A stretch of 64,000 nt of DNA from a virus (Duplodnaviria > Caudoviricetes). Below the pieces are notes generated by a model. That model was not told the origin of the DNA, did no database searches, and saw only the letters and a program-made list of their open reading frames with translations. The position numbers were made by a program, and so were the translations under genes. Each line of letters starts with the position of its first letter. Position 1 is the stretch's first letter. Below are positions 18,085 to 28,606 of the stretch, in pieces. Where the stretch lies: IMG/VR virus record IMGVR_UViG_3300033075_001228; one strand, 5' to 3'.

Positions 18085-18686
18085 GGCTCAAGCTGGTTCC
18101 ACTTGCAGCCGTGCTCGTTGCCTGTCACTGCGTTGATGCTCCAGCTGGTGCTGCCAACGTCAGCCAACCTGTTTCATCGCCTCCCGCGGCTACGTCAGCT
18201 GAAAAGCAACGCCCCAGAAACGTTTTGATCGTAGGCGACTCAGAGGCGTGTGCAGTCGGCGCGGTTGCATCTGACGTAGCAAACGAACAGGTTCCGCCAG
18301 ACAACGTTAATGTTTCGTGCAAGGCTGGTTCGACAGTCCAATACTGGAGCGGCCTGCACATGAAACACGCGTTGAGCCTCTACCCGGCGTCTGACGTTGT
18401 GTTGGTGTTTTTGGGGACAAACCATTACACGTCTAGGTCTGCGCCTGACGTCAAGCCTTTGCTTAGCGAGCTCGCCGCTCGTCGCCTTCCGTGTGTTTGG
18501 GTGGGGAATGTTGCCGTTCACGGAAAGTCATGGCCGATCAATGCCTTGCTAAAGGCAGCCGTTAGCCCACCTTGCAGCTACTTTGACTCTGAACGCGTAA
18601 AGCTCCAGGACGGCGTGCACCCGGACAGGACAAACGCAAAGCTGTGGTTGAGACAGGTTTGGGCAGCGATTCCACGAAAGGCGTAG
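18081..18686 (+). CDS. SGNH/GDSL-type hydrolase, probable lipoprotein
   Basis: Signal peptide MRLKLVPLAAVLVAC (lipobox-like); blocks IVGDS, LGTN, DGVHP. Confidence 0.8.
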   Translation: MRLKLVPLAAVLVACHCVDAPAGAANVSQPVSSPPAATSAEKQRPRNVLIVGDSEACAVGAVASDVANEQVPPDNVNVSCKAGSTVQYWSGLHMKHALSLYPASDVVLVFLGTNHYTSRSAPDVKPLLSELAARRLPCVWVGNVAVHGKSWPINALLKAAVSPPCSYFDSERVKLQDGVHPDRTNAKLWLRQVWAAIPRKA

Positions 18687-19543
18687 GGTTCAACGTGAAC
18701 GAAGACGACAAAAAGAAAGAACTTACTGAAGCTAAGCTGAGGTCTGTCGGCGTTGGGCAGGATGCTGTTGACGCTACGACAAACAAGGTCATGACAAGCA
18801 AGATCTCAGCGACTGACCTGAAAGCAGTGCTTGATGCCAAGTACGGTAAAGATGTAGAAGCTATGTTAAACAACACAGAAGGTGAGCGTGCTGATGCTTT
18901 TGAAAAAGCTGTCGTGTCGCTTGACATCGTTGCTGAGCTGAAGCGTCGTCTTGAGCAAAAGAAGAACGAAAATAAGAGCGACATCTATGATCAAAAGCTT
19001 CGTGATGACCTTAAAGAAGATGTGCAGCTTTCAAGGAATGTTGTCCGTGCCTTGATTAAGGAAAAAGAAGCCGTCGATGAGATCATGGAGCTAGCCATGC
19101 AACGACAACAAGACAAATGGATTGTGTTTGCTCCAGTTAACGGCTTGACGCCTAAGGATGCTGCCAAACGTGTCCTTAAACTCAAGGAGGAGTATGCTGA
19201 CGTTGAGCCCGTTGACCTGACTGATGCGTTAGATGACGTTGTTCCTGTTAGTGATGTTTACGTTGAGTGCATTCATCCGATCTTCAACGTTTCAAAGCCG
19301 ATAACTGAACAAAACGTGCCGCGTCAGATTTGGTTTGTTGTTCCTCCCACACCGTCGCCAAGGCAAGAAAGCAACGTTCTATTACGATATGTCAACGTTG
19401 ACAGCATGCCTAGGGAACTAAAGGATGTTGTCTCGTACTACATTAGCTTGAAAAACGACGACAACGCAACGTCTAGAAGCAGGTTTCGTGACGCTGTCGT
19501 TAACCTGATGAAATCAGCGGAGGCATCGTTAGACGATTCCTGA
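18644..19543 (+). CDS. Hypothetical protein (start uncertain)
   Basis: About 290 aa charged helical ORF. Confidence 0.6.
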   Translation: MVETGLGSDSTKGVGFNVNEDDKKKELTEAKLRSVGVGQDAVDATTNKVMTSKISATDLKAVLDAKYGKDVEAMLNNTEGERADAFEKAVVSLDIVAELKRRLEQKKNENKSDIYDQKLRDDLKEDVQLSRNVVRALIKEKEAVDEIMELAMQRQQDKWIVFAPVNGLTPKDAAKRVLKLKEEYADVEPVDLTDALDDVVPVSDVYVECIHPIFNVSKPITEQNVPRQIWFVVPPTPSPRQESNVLLRYVNVDSMPRELKDVVSYYISLKNDDNATSRSRFRDAVVNLMKSAEASLDDS

Positions 19544-19566
19544 CAACCAGTGAGCATATTTAAGAA

Positions 19567-20358
19567 ATGCGAACGCTTTACGTTGGTCTCTCAGGAGATG
19601 ATGTCAGGGCTTGGGAGTATTTTCTTCTTGGAATAAACCCATCCAGTGCAATTGTTGTTGATGGTGTATTTGACCAGGCGACGGCCGACGAAACAAGAAG
19701 GTTCCAAACAAGCGTAGGTTTTTCAGGCAAGGACGTTGACGGCGTCGCCGGTCCTGGGACGCTTGGAAAGGCAATGCAGCTTGGTTTCAACCCGTTGCAA
19801 GACGACAGGTTGACAGAAGACGGCCCCAACTGGCCACTTGCTCCAGCTCATGGGCCGATGCCAGCAGCTGAACGTCTTCAAACGTTTGGAACGTTTTCGT
19901 TTAGGCCCGCTGGAACAGCTGCAAACCCAGAGGCGATCGTCATGACAGACGACTGGGCAAAAAACAACATTGTGACCGCAGACGTCCCGCAGCTGCGAAA
20001 GCTCCGCGGCGTGAGCGGAAAGGTGCAGGTCCATGGGCTTCTAGAGAAACAGCTTGTCTCATTGTTTGATGCGTGGGAAGAGGCTGGTTTAGGTGACAGG
20101 CTTCTTACGTGGGGTGGTTCATGGGTGCCAAGGTATGTCCGAGGCTCTAGGACGCAGCTATCAAACCACTCCTGGGGAACAGCGTTTGACATCAACGTGC
20201 AGTGGAACATGCTCGGCACACAACCTGCGCTCAAGGGGCAAAAGGGTTCAGTGAGGGAGCTAGTCAAGGTGGCGTACGAGCACGGTTGGTACTGGGGTGG
20301 GTGGTTTAAAGGAAGACCTGATGGGATGCATTTTGAAGCCTTCAAAGTTGTAACGTAA
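19567..20358 (+). CDS. Endolysin: peptidoglycan-binding domain plus M15-family zinc peptidase
   Basis: VDGVFD...VDGVAGPGT (PG-binding), SNHSWGTAFDIN (SxHxxGxAxD), DGMHFE. Confidence 0.9.
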   Translation: MRTLYVGLSGDDVRAWEYFLLGINPSSAIVVDGVFDQATADETRRFQTSVGFSGKDVDGVAGPGTLGKAMQLGFNPLQDDRLTEDGPNWPLAPAHGPMPAAERLQTFGTFSFRPAGTAANPEAIVMTDDWAKNNIVTADVPQLRKLRGVSGKVQVHGLLEKQLVSLFDAWEEAGLGDRLLTWGGSWVPRYVRGSRTQLSNHSWGTAFDINVQWNMLGTQPALKGQKGSVRELVKVAYEHGWYWGGWFKGRPDGMHFEAFKVVT

Positions 20359-20376
20359 CATATACCTACATAGAAA

Positions 20377-22041
20377 ATGGCACTTATAACAGATCCAGAT
20401 TTTCTCACTGGCAGCATTGCTGACGATGGAACAAAGAACGTATTCATCAACACAACAGGCAGAACAATCAAGTTATATCAAACTGGTGCTTTGTCTACAG
20501 ATGGTGTTACGCTTAAGTGTGTGTATTCGTTCCTTAAAGAGCAATGGAAGAACGATCCAAATAACCAGAATTTAGCTGCGTTTCCGTTTCCGATGACACC
20601 GATTACCGATGAGAGCTTTGAGCTCATCGATGGGTGGGATTTTGCTAACGATTCTACGAGGTATTTGCTTAGGACTGCTGGATGGACTGTTAAAAATCAA
20701 TCTGCTGGTGCAGTTACGCAAAAATGGGCTGGAATCATTGGTCTAGGTAGTGTTCCTAGCACTGCTCAGCTTTACTACGATCAATTGTCCGGCGCTATCA
20801 ACATGCAGTTGACTGGGCAAGTCAACCAGGCCATTCAGATCTTAAGCGATTCAAACGGTGATGGAAACTTCGACTCTAACAACAGATCTAGCTTTAAGCT
20901 TTTTGTACGTGAGTATGCTCAGTTGTACGGCGGAGCAAGCTTGGTTGATATCGGTGTTTCGACGATGGACAGCCAGGCCTATCGTTTTCCGATCGCTGCA
21001 TCTACAGATCTTAAGATAACCCACACTGACAACCAGGTCTCTGGAACCAATTATCCATACAACGAGATATTGGTTAGGTACTTTACTGGTTCATTCAAGC
21101 GAGACGTTGATACGACCAATCTACCTCGCTCATTTGGCATTGTGATTGATGTTGGTACGCATTCGGGGTGCGATGGGCAATTCACAGCCGGACAAAACAC
21201 ACTTACGTCTTCAGCTGGTGGTATCTCTGGTTCTAACTTTGTCAACGGCACGCTCGTCATTCATTCTGGTTCAGCCAAAGGAACGTACAACTTAGCGGGC
21301 GGCGTCCCACAGGCGGGGGATCGGATCAACATTTCAACAACATTTCCTACGTCAATGACGAGCGCGTCGTATACGCTCTACAAGTCTGCGAGCTTAGGAG
21401 CGACTGCTGAACAAATCTATGAAAAGGTTCAGTATCTTTTACGACAGAATACACATATCAACTCAATCGCCACAGGTTCAACAAGTATAATTGGTAAAAC
21501 ATCTGACCTGTTGCTTCGATTTGTCGGTGACACGTTGGAAGCGGGTACGTTAAACCCCGTCAACCCAGCTTCAGGTAGCGCAAACGGAGTTATCATTGAA
21601 GGATTTTCAACGTCTGACACGAACAGGTTGACGTTTAGGGACATCGGAGGAACGAACAGAACGTACCCGTTCGTTGCGACATTGACGTTGAACTTTGGAA
21701 CAAATCTTATCAACGATGCAAATGCGAAGTATTGGGTCTATTTCACAACCCTTCCTGGCGGTAGCGATGATTTCGGTCAAGCAAACGCAGTGTTAGTTTT
21801 GGATAATTCAAACCTGGTGATGTCCGGTAACATCAGCGCTCAGTCATCTGTCCAAAGATCTTTCAACTATGACGGTAATAACCAGGGAGGTAGAACCCCT
21901 GGAACAGATGCTAGCGTGACAGCTATCGCTATTGGATTGGAAACAGGCCAATATGTTCGTGCTGAAGGAACGATTGCAAGATCGACAAGTAACACAATTT
22001 CTCTTGTCGCACCGTTGGAACGTAACTACAGCAACGCGTGA
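20377..22041 (+). CDS. Putative tail fibre/virion structural protein
   Basis: 554 aa, Ser/Thr/Gly/Asn-rich; first gene of the AT-richer block. Confidence 0.6.
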   Translation: MALITDPDFLTGSIADDGTKNVFINTTGRTIKLYQTGALSTDGVTLKCVYSFLKEQWKNDPNNQNLAAFPFPMTPITDESFELIDGWDFANDSTRYLLRTAGWTVKNQSAGAVTQKWAGIIGLGSVPSTAQLYYDQLSGAINMQLTGQVNQAIQILSDSNGDGNFDSNNRSSFKLFVREYAQLYGGASLVDIGVSTMDSQAYRFPIAASTDLKITHTDNQVSGTNYPYNEILVRYFTGSFKRDVDTTNLPRSFGIVIDVGTHSGCDGQFTAGQNTLTSSAGGISGSNFVNGTLVIHSGSAKGTYNLAGGVPQAGDRINISTTFPTSMTSASYTLYKSASLGATAEQIYEKVQYLLRQNTHINSIATGSTSIIGKTSDLLLRFVGDTLEAGTLNPVNPASGSANGVIIEGFSTSDTNRLTFRDIGGTNRTYPFVATLTLNFGTNLINDANAKYWVYFTTLPGGSDDFGQANAVLVLDNSNLVMSGNISAQSSVQRSFNYDGNNQGGRTPGTDASVTAIAIGLETGQYVRAEGTIARSTSNTISLVAPLERNYSNA

Positions 22042-22050
22042 TTGGAACGC

Positions 22051-24330
22051 ATGCCAGTAATTCGCGATATATCATGGTCATTTGAATCAGTCACAACAGA
22101 TGCTGGGGTAACTGTTCCGATGCCCGCGTATGAGGGTGACGATTTGCTTCTAGCCTTCATCCAGAGCGATACTGGAGCTCCTACTGTGACTGCGACTGGT
22201 TGGGCACAGGTATTTACGCGCAGCAATACTACGTCATTGACTGTGCTAAGAAAGATTGCAACTGGTTCTGTGGAACCAGCAACTGTAACGTTTGCAGCAA
22301 CTGTTAACGAAACGTATAACGGAGCGATCGTTTCAATCAAGAATGTTGATACGGCAACACCGATCAACGTTTCAAATAACGCAAACCAAGCTTCAGCAAA
22401 CAAGTTTGCATTTCAAGCAGTCACCACAACACGTGACAACTGTTTATTGATATGTGCTAGCGCAAATTCAGCAGTTGGGGTACCGTCGATCATTGAAGGT
22501 CCTGTTATTGGGATCTTGGGTGCAGATGGAGCAGCTGAGTCTCAAGGAATAGGTTGGACGATCGCGCCCTTTAGCGGTTCAACAAACGGTATCACCACTA
22601 GCATCAGCTGCTCTAACGTTGCCGCTGGTGCAGGTGTAAAAGCAGTCATTGCTATCAATCCGCCGTTGACTGGAACGTTGTTTGTTCCAACGTACTGCGC
22701 TAGTGATAGTTCGGTTTATGTGGATCCGATCAACGGAACGACTGCGTACAACGGCAATGCTGCGTTGGCTGCCACGGCTGATACATTGTTTGGTACTTCG
22801 TTAAACAGCATCACTGTTGCAGATGCGACTGTCGCTGCGGCTGCTGACACGGGTCTGAATTCGTTTCATTCAACCGGTCAACTAACTACGCCGTCTGCGA
22901 CCTCAAGTTGGGGTGGGGCGACTGTTGATTTGGCGGCGGGTAATAACGTAAACGTTACTGGGAAAAATGTCTTGGTTCACGTCGGGCCTTCGACCTCTGG
23001 ACAGACGCAGCGTTTTCCGACTGTTTCTTCAAGTCGTAAAGGAATTGCTTTTGGAATGTTGTCGTCAGCAGGCAACTATAAGGTCTGGTATGTTCACGGA
23101 AATGGAACACCTTGGGGTCAATCAAGAGATGTTCCATTGGTCATTAATTCAAGCGCCGTAACGAGCTCAGTGCTTCAGTCAGCAGGAACGTTTAATGCTG
23201 CTGCTGCTGATACATTTGGGTTTTGGGTATCATCAACAGGTGTTTCCACCACAATTTGGCAGTTTGCATCGTTGTGGGTGCTTGATACCACGATCATCGC
23301 TGGCGGTAATGTATCAGGATCAGTCAATATTGAAGGCATAACTAACGCCGCCGCCCGCGGTCATGAACGTCGATCTGTGATCCAACAAGGAGCAAACCAA
23401 GCGCTTGTTCTTCAGCCGTTACAATTTGGGAACGGTGGTACTAATCCAATTTACCTTGATCTAGACGCTACTGCCATAGAATTTCCACGTCAATACAACC
23501 TGTCAAAAAAGCAGATCGGTTACTGTAGCGCTGATAACGTAGCTGGTTTAACGTATTACGCTGGCAGCGGTGATACCATCAAGCATCGCAACAGCGTTGT
23601 TTCGTCACCATCGCAGTATCATTGGAGAATGCACGTTTCATCATCAGCTTCAGCCTCATATGATTTTTCTGGCCTGTCGATCATCGGCGCCGGTGATGTT
23701 CAGTTACGTAATGTGACAACGTTCTCTGACGTATCGTTTACCAATTGCGGCGTCATAACGCAAAACTCAGCTTCGCTATCAAGCTGTAACATCTCTAATA
23801 GCATTACATCATCGGCGGTCGTTTCAAACAACCCAGGCGGGATCTCCGATTGTGTATTCACCAGTGCTGGAACTGGTCACGCGATTGAGATTACGTCCGT
23901 CGGCGCATTTACGTTTTCTGGTAACGTTTTTTCTGGTTACGGTAGCACTGGCACCACTGACGCTGCCGTGTACAACAACTCTGGTGGTGCCATCACGATC
24001 AACGTGGTGAATGGTGGTAGTACTCCAACGTATCGTAATGGTGCTGGTGCTTCAACGACTGTCAACAACAACGTTAACGTTACGTTGACGGGTCTTAAGA
24101 ATCCAACTGAGGTTCGTGTATTCTCTGCGGGAACACAGACGCCTTTGGCTGGTCAAGAAGATGTAACGCTGGGTGAATTTACATTTTCAGTTGGATCAGG
24201 GGTAGCGGTTGATATTTCAATACTGTCGTTAGGATATCAAAACATGAGGATTTTAACGTACAGCACAACCTCTGACGTAACCCTTCCTATTTCACAACAG
24301 GTTGATCGACAATATGAGAACATAGCGTGA
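22051..24330 (+). CDS. Putative receptor-binding/adhesin protein with C-terminal beta-helix-like region
   Basis: Very Ala/Ser/Thr-rich; repetitive FSDVSFTNC/LSSCNIS/ISDCVFT/FSGNVFS beta-solenoid pattern. Confidence 0.6.
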   Translation: MPVIRDISWSFESVTTDAGVTVPMPAYEGDDLLLAFIQSDTGAPTVTATGWAQVFTRSNTTSLTVLRKIATGSVEPATVTFAATVNETYNGAIVSIKNVDTATPINVSNNANQASANKFAFQAVTTTRDNCLLICASANSAVGVPSIIEGPVIGILGADGAAESQGIGWTIAPFSGSTNGITTSISCSNVAAGAGVKAVIAINPPLTGTLFVPTYCASDSSVYVDPINGTTAYNGNAALAATADTLFGTSLNSITVADATVAAAADTGLNSFHSTGQLTTPSATSSWGGATVDLAAGNNVNVTGKNVLVHVGPSTSGQTQRFPTVSSSRKGIAFGMLSSAGNYKVWYVHGNGTPWGQSRDVPLVINSSAVTSSVLQSAGTFNAAAADTFGFWVSSTGVSTTIWQFASLWVLDTTIIAGGNVSGSVNIEGITNAAARGHERRSVIQQGANQALVLQPLQFGNGGTNPIYLDLDATAIEFPRQYNLSKKQIGYCSADNVAGLTYYAGSGDTIKHRNSVVSSPSQYHWRMHVSSSASASYDFSGLSIIGAGDVQLRNVTTFSDVSFTNCGVITQNSASLSSCNISNSITSSAVVSNNPGGISDCVFTSAGTGHAIEITSVGAFTFSGNVFSGYGSTGTTDAAVYNNSGGAITINVVNGGSTPTYRNGAGASTTVNNNVNVTLTGLKNPTEVRVFSAGTQTPLAGQEDVTLGEFTFSVGSGVAVDISILSLGYQNMRILTYSTTSDVTLPISQQVDRQYENIA

Positions 24331-24356
24331 TGCTATGTGTAGTATAAGCAGCAGGC

Positions 24357-24743
24357 ATGGGATACCAATTTGATGGCGCAAATAAGCTGATCATATTGAC
24401 AGCTGGAACGACATCATTCTCAGCCACAGATCTGTATTCACGATGGAAGGATTGGGTTCAAATATCCGACAACTCTAAGTACATATTTGCATTTACTAGC
24501 GTTGCTGGTGATCCCATAGGTTCCGGGCAAACGATTGCACCATACATCTTTCTCAACACGATTGATGGATGGCGAATTCGTCCGCAAGAAGTTGATCACG
24601 AGCTGCGGATTAGTGGAAACCTTTATTCGAACGACTCGTCGTTACCTTTGTTCGTGCAAACATTGGGTGATTACACAGTAACGATTATCATTGAACGCTC
24701 TAGCGCCGCGATCGTTGTTGGTGGTGGACGTGTGCTGAGGTAA
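24357..24743 (+). CDS. Hypothetical virion protein, related to the N-terminus of 20377..22041
   Basis: DLYSRWKDW...IDGW resembles CVYSFLKEQW...IDGW. Confidence 0.6.
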   Translation: MGYQFDGANKLIILTAGTTSFSATDLYSRWKDWVQISDNSKYIFAFTSVAGDPIGSGQTIAPYIFLNTIDGWRIRPQEVDHELRISGNLYSNDSSLPLFVQTLGDYTVTIIIERSSAAIVVGGGRVLR

Positions 24744-24746
24744 TCT

Positions 24747-25505
24747 ATGTGGTTTACACGCATGGATCAGGGTTTTAGGGGTTGGTTTGCAGCTGTTAAT
24801 CCAATGGGAACATTAGCAACTGGCTTATCGTCTAGTAGCTTTACAATCACAGTTCGTAATCCAGCAGACACAGCTTCAAGTACGCCAAGTGCCATTGAAT
24901 CAGGAAAACCCGGTCTTTATCGATTTGATGTTACATCATCGTATTTTTTGACACATGGTACAGGCGATTATGGGGTCGTGATTGAAGTCACCAACGGTTC
25001 GAACTCTGACGTGCTGTCGAATGTTTTAAGTGTTTACCAACATGATTTTGATACGTTGTTGTCATCATCGATCAGTATTTCATCGTCAAGCATTCAAACG
25101 TTAGTTTCAGCAACGTGGGATGCTAACATGAGTTCACATATTTTGTCTGGGACTGCTGGTGTGATGCTTAGAAGCGCGAGCTTGGGCCCGACACCAACGA
25201 TCGATTACCAACAAATTGCAACGTCTGTTTGGAATGAGCAGCTATCATTGCACACTGAACAAGGTTCCACAGGATTATCACTGTCTCAAGTATCTGGTAC
25301 TATTAGCTTGATTTCCAGCTCTGTTGGTCGTATGTCTGGTACGTTAGGTTTTCTTTACGACATAAACTTCGGTCGTTGGAGAATCATTTCAAATGAAATG
25401 ATCTTCTACAAAGATGATAATGCAACTGAGATAGTTAGATTTGCTCTTAAGGACAGCGCGGGCGCACCAACAATGGAGTCAGTCTTTGAGCGTGTTAAGA
25501 TCTAA
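24747..25505 (+). CDS. Hypothetical virion protein (Ser-rich)
   Basis: Two similar ATWD/SVWN...H..xG(T/S)xG repeats. Confidence 0.6.
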   Translation: MWFTRMDQGFRGWFAAVNPMGTLATGLSSSSFTITVRNPADTASSTPSAIESGKPGLYRFDVTSSYFLTHGTGDYGVVIEVTNGSNSDVLSNVLSVYQHDFDTLLSSSISISSSSIQTLVSATWDANMSSHILSGTAGVMLRSASLGPTPTIDYQQIATSVWNEQLSLHTEQGSTGLSLSQVSGTISLISSSVGRMSGTLGFLYDINFGRWRIISNEMIFYKDDNATEIVRFALKDSAGAPTMESVFERVKI

Positions 25506-25530
25506 CTAGCTAAACGAAAAGGCTTCAGTT

Positions 25531-25884
25531 TTGAAGATCATCACACGCGGGTTTGGTGGCATAGGCCAAAATAGCATAGTGACGCTGGGGTATGGTCCCA
25601 GCGTTGTTCAAGCTGTTGTTGATGGCATTGTTGAAATTTTCAAACCTCGCCAATCAGGCCGTCGCTCATCATCGTATGAACATGAGCTTGAAGATGTTAT
25701 TACCGTGTGGGCAAAATTGATTGAGGTCAATGAAATTCAACCAAAGCATGATATCGTTGGAAAGCAAATAGTTACACCTGACGAAAGCTCAACGTTAAAT
25801 GTCATGGTTGAGTTTGTGAAATCAGTTGTTGAACGTTTAATAAGACGAGTGACAGTTAGTTTTGTGCGTAACAAACGATCATAG
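25531..25884 (+). CDS. Hypothetical protein
   Basis: TTG start; IITRGFG/IVTLGYG repeat. Confidence 0.55.
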   Translation: MKIITRGFGGIGQNSIVTLGYGPSVVQAVVDGIVEIFKPRQSGRRSSSYEHELEDVITVWAKLIEVNEIQPKHDIVGKQIVTPDESSTLNVMVEFVKSVVERLIRRVTVSFVRNKRS

Positions 25885-25923
25885 TCATCGTTAGATTTAG
25901 CTGTTCACAACATAAATACTAGC

Positions 25924-26430
25924 ATGGATCACACTGATAGCATTGATGTAGATCTTGACGAACAAACAGAGCTGTTATTCAAGGTTAAAATCGAGGGAGC
26001 TAAGCAGGAAAAAGCAACAGTTAGGTTAGTGTGTGAAGGTAGCGATCACGCGTTGTTGTTTTCTGGCAAGTCGTTAGGACATGATGATTTGGTTCAATTC
26101 ATCATTCCTAGCCTAGCCTCAAAGACAAATGAGGGCCTTCACTCTGCCAAGATTGAAGTTATGATTGAAAATCGTTACTTCGTTCCAGTTAGCTTTTCGC
26201 TTAACGTAAAGAAAACCATCAAAGTTGTCGCTGAGTCAGTTACAGAAGCTAAGAAGTTTTTTCAACCAAACGTCGTGGTGAAAGCTGAACCAGTAACACC
26301 TACGTTAAAAGAACGTTACGTTCAAAAGTCTAAATTGGTCGAAGTCCAAAAGCCAGTTGAAGATCTTAACGAAGAATCGATCCTGACGTTAGCCAGCAAA
26401 TTCTTGCAGAAAAGCAAAACGAAACGCTAG
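25924..26430 (+). CDS. Hypothetical protein
   Basis: ATG 5 nt after ATAAATA (25912). Confidence 0.65.
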   Translation: MDHTDSIDVDLDEQTELLFKVKIEGAKQEKATVRLVCEGSDHALLFSGKSLGHDDLVQFIIPSLASKTNEGLHSAKIEVMIENRYFVPVSFSLNVKKTIKVVAESVTEAKKFFQPNVVVKAEPVTPTLKERYVQKSKLVEVQKPVEDLNEESILTLASKFLQKSKTKR

Positions 26431-26474
26431 CACCTTAGTAGCTATCAACGTTCCATACATATCGTTGAGGCTTG

Positions 26475-27680
26475 ATGGCAACGTTTACAGAAACGCTTAA
26501 CCCGACGCCGTTTGGGTTTTTTGACTCTGACGCTCAGTTTCAAACTGAGGCTGACGGCATGGTTACGTTTGTGAAACGTAAGCTAGGTGATGACGTGTTG
26601 TCTGTTGAGCTTACGAAGAAGGAGATCTGGGCGTGTTTTGAGGAGGCGTGCTGCGAGTATAGCCGCCTTGTGCACGAGATGAAGATCCAGTCTGAGCTTG
26701 TAAACGTCCTCGGCTTGCCAACTGGATCGACTGACCTGACAAACATCTACCCGCGCCAGTCGCTAGAGTTTTTGATTCGTCAAGCTGAGCCGTATGCAGC
26801 CGAGGCGTTCCTGGGCGGACCGTACGATGCGCAGCTTGGTTACATCGATCTGGTCCAAGGCCAACAGGACTATGACATCTATGATGACATCAAGAGCTTC
26901 GAAAGCGGAACCGTGGGGCAGAACCTCTGGCTCTCGATCCCGTCTGGTTCCCGCGGCCGCATGAAGATTGTTGAGGTGTTTCACTTTGAGCCGCTCGCCG
27001 CGCAGCACTTCCTTCTGAACGCAAGCAACATCACAAACTTCCTGGCTACAAACTTTAACTACGAATCATACGTCAACAGCACCGTCTTCTACGTGTTGCC
27101 CGTGTTTGAGGATGTATTACGTCGTGGCATGCTTGAGACTGCTTTTCGGGTGCGCAGGTCAAACTATAGCTACGAGATCATCGGCAGCCGCCTAAGGATC
27201 TACCCGGCGCCAGTGACAGACCTGCAACAAGGAAAGCTGTTCATTAAGGTGTTTGCTCAGCCTCCAAACCCCGTCAACCCGAGCGGCATCGGCGTCTCTG
27301 GCAGCGTAGACTCTACGTTGTACGGGATCTCTGGCCCTAGCAACGTTCCGCTTAACAACCTTCCGTTCACCACGATCACCCAGCCTGGTCGTCAGTGGAT
27401 CAGGCAGTACACCTTAGCGTTGGCAAAGGAGCTGCTGGGCCTGATCAGGGGCAAGTTTCAGACCGTGCCGATCCCGAACGCCGACCTGACGTTAAACGGT
27501 GAGGTTCTTCGTGCAGACGGTCGTGAGGACCAGGCCAGGCTGCGAGACCAGATCAAAGAATGGCTCGCAAAGCTGACGAACCAGGCGTTGATGGAGCAGC
27601 AATCGACACTCGCCGAACAGCTACAAAAACAGTTGAAATTTGTCCCCATGCCGTTGGGCAAAGCGATAACGATTGGGTAA
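26475..27680 (+). CDS. Neck/head-tail adaptor protein (gp13-like)
   Basis: RKLG..VLSVEL, WIRQYTLALAKELLG.IRGKF, LTLNG; lies upstream of the sheath genes. Confidence 0.8.
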   Translation: MATFTETLNPTPFGFFDSDAQFQTEADGMVTFVKRKLGDDVLSVELTKKEIWACFEEACCEYSRLVHEMKIQSELVNVLGLPTGSTDLTNIYPRQSLEFLIRQAEPYAAEAFLGGPYDAQLGYIDLVQGQQDYDIYDDIKSFESGTVGQNLWLSIPSGSRGRMKIVEVFHFEPLAAQHFLLNASNITNFLATNFNYESYVNSTVFYVLPVFEDVLRRGMLETAFRVRRSNYSYEIIGSRLRIYPAPVTDLQQGKLFIKVFAQPPNPVNPSGIGVSGSVDSTLYGISGPSNVPLNNLPFTTITQPGRQWIRQYTLALAKELLGLIRGKFQTVPIPNADLTLNGEVLRADGREDQARLRDQIKEWLAKLTNQALMEQQSTLAEQLQKQLKFVPMPLGKAITIG

Positions 27681-27806
27681 AGGTAGGCTACTGTGAAAAT
27701 GCTCATCGAAAGCAACAGGGGAAATATTCTTCGATCTTCACTACCAAATTAACAAGGCTGGCGCCATTGAGCCCGCCCACGCGCAGCCCCTCGCCTAGTT
27801 AGACTC

Positions 27807-28103
27807 ATGAAGCTAAAACTTGGAGAGCTTAAAAAGCTGATCGAAGCGTTGGTCGAAGGAACCATTGAGGTTTCGCCGCGCGGCCTAAGACCTGGTGACG
27901 TTTTGAACGGTCGATTGATTGCTCATGTGACCGTAGATCAAAAAAACAAAGGTTATGTTTTTGTAACTTACGATGACGGATCATCTGTTCGACTTCGAGC
28001 ACATAACCTCAAGTATAAGCAGGTGCCACGCATAGAACGTTCAGGGACGGAGAGCGATAAATATCTTCCCAAGATACCAGCAGGATGGGGTTCAAAGGGA
28101 TGA
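27807..28103 (+). CDS. Small protein with N-terminal ELKKLIE motif
   Basis: MKLKLGELKKLIEALVE; CTAGTTA 5 nt upstream. Confidence 0.65.
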   Translation: MKLKLGELKKLIEALVEGTIEVSPRGLRPGDVLNGRLIAHVTVDQKNKGYVFVTYDDGSSVRLRAHNLKYKQVPRIERSGTESDKYLPKIPAGWGSKG

Positions 28104-28606
28104 TCATACGACTTGGTGATCTGCGACGCATCATCAAAGAAGCCTTGCGAGAGGGCCCTGGGATTCGTCTTATCAGGGTTGGCGGCCTTAGCCCAGTGAA
28201 GCAGACGAACTCAGCAGCTCCTGAACGTAAGGGAGTTTGGGCGTTTATTTGGCCTTACCACGACGTGTTCCTGCTTGGTTCAACCGGCCCGGAGGGCGTT
28301 CACCCAGGGGAAGGAAAGACTCGCTTCGATCAGCTGAAAAGAGAGGGATGGCGTCGTTTCGTGCATCGCGGCATCATCTATACACGGCTTCCAGTTCCAG
28401 GCGCTGAAGTCGTCAACGGCTGGCATAAAACTGATGGTTCGGCGCTCGCAGCTTACATGACAAAGAACTTTGCGTCAATGACCAAACAGATTCGACAGAT
28501 GCAAAAGCAGGGTAAGCTTCACAGGAACGATGTAAACCCATTCAAGGTGTTCTCTAAGGACCAGTTTGAGGTGTTTGTCCCTCGACCTGACGAGGAGGGC
28601 TTCTGA
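28100..28606 (+). CDS. Protein with N-terminal DLRRIIKE motif
   Basis: ATGA overlap with the upstream gene; MIIRLGDLRRIIKEALRE. Confidence 0.65.
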   Translation: MIIRLGDLRRIIKEALREGPGIRLIRVGGLSPVKQTNSAAPERKGVWAFIWPYHDVFLLGSTGPEGVHPGEGKTRFDQLKREGWRRFVHRGIIYTRLPVPGAEVVNGWHKTDGSALAAYMTKNFASMTKQIRQMQKQGKLHRNDVNPFKVFSKDQFEVFVPRPDEEGF

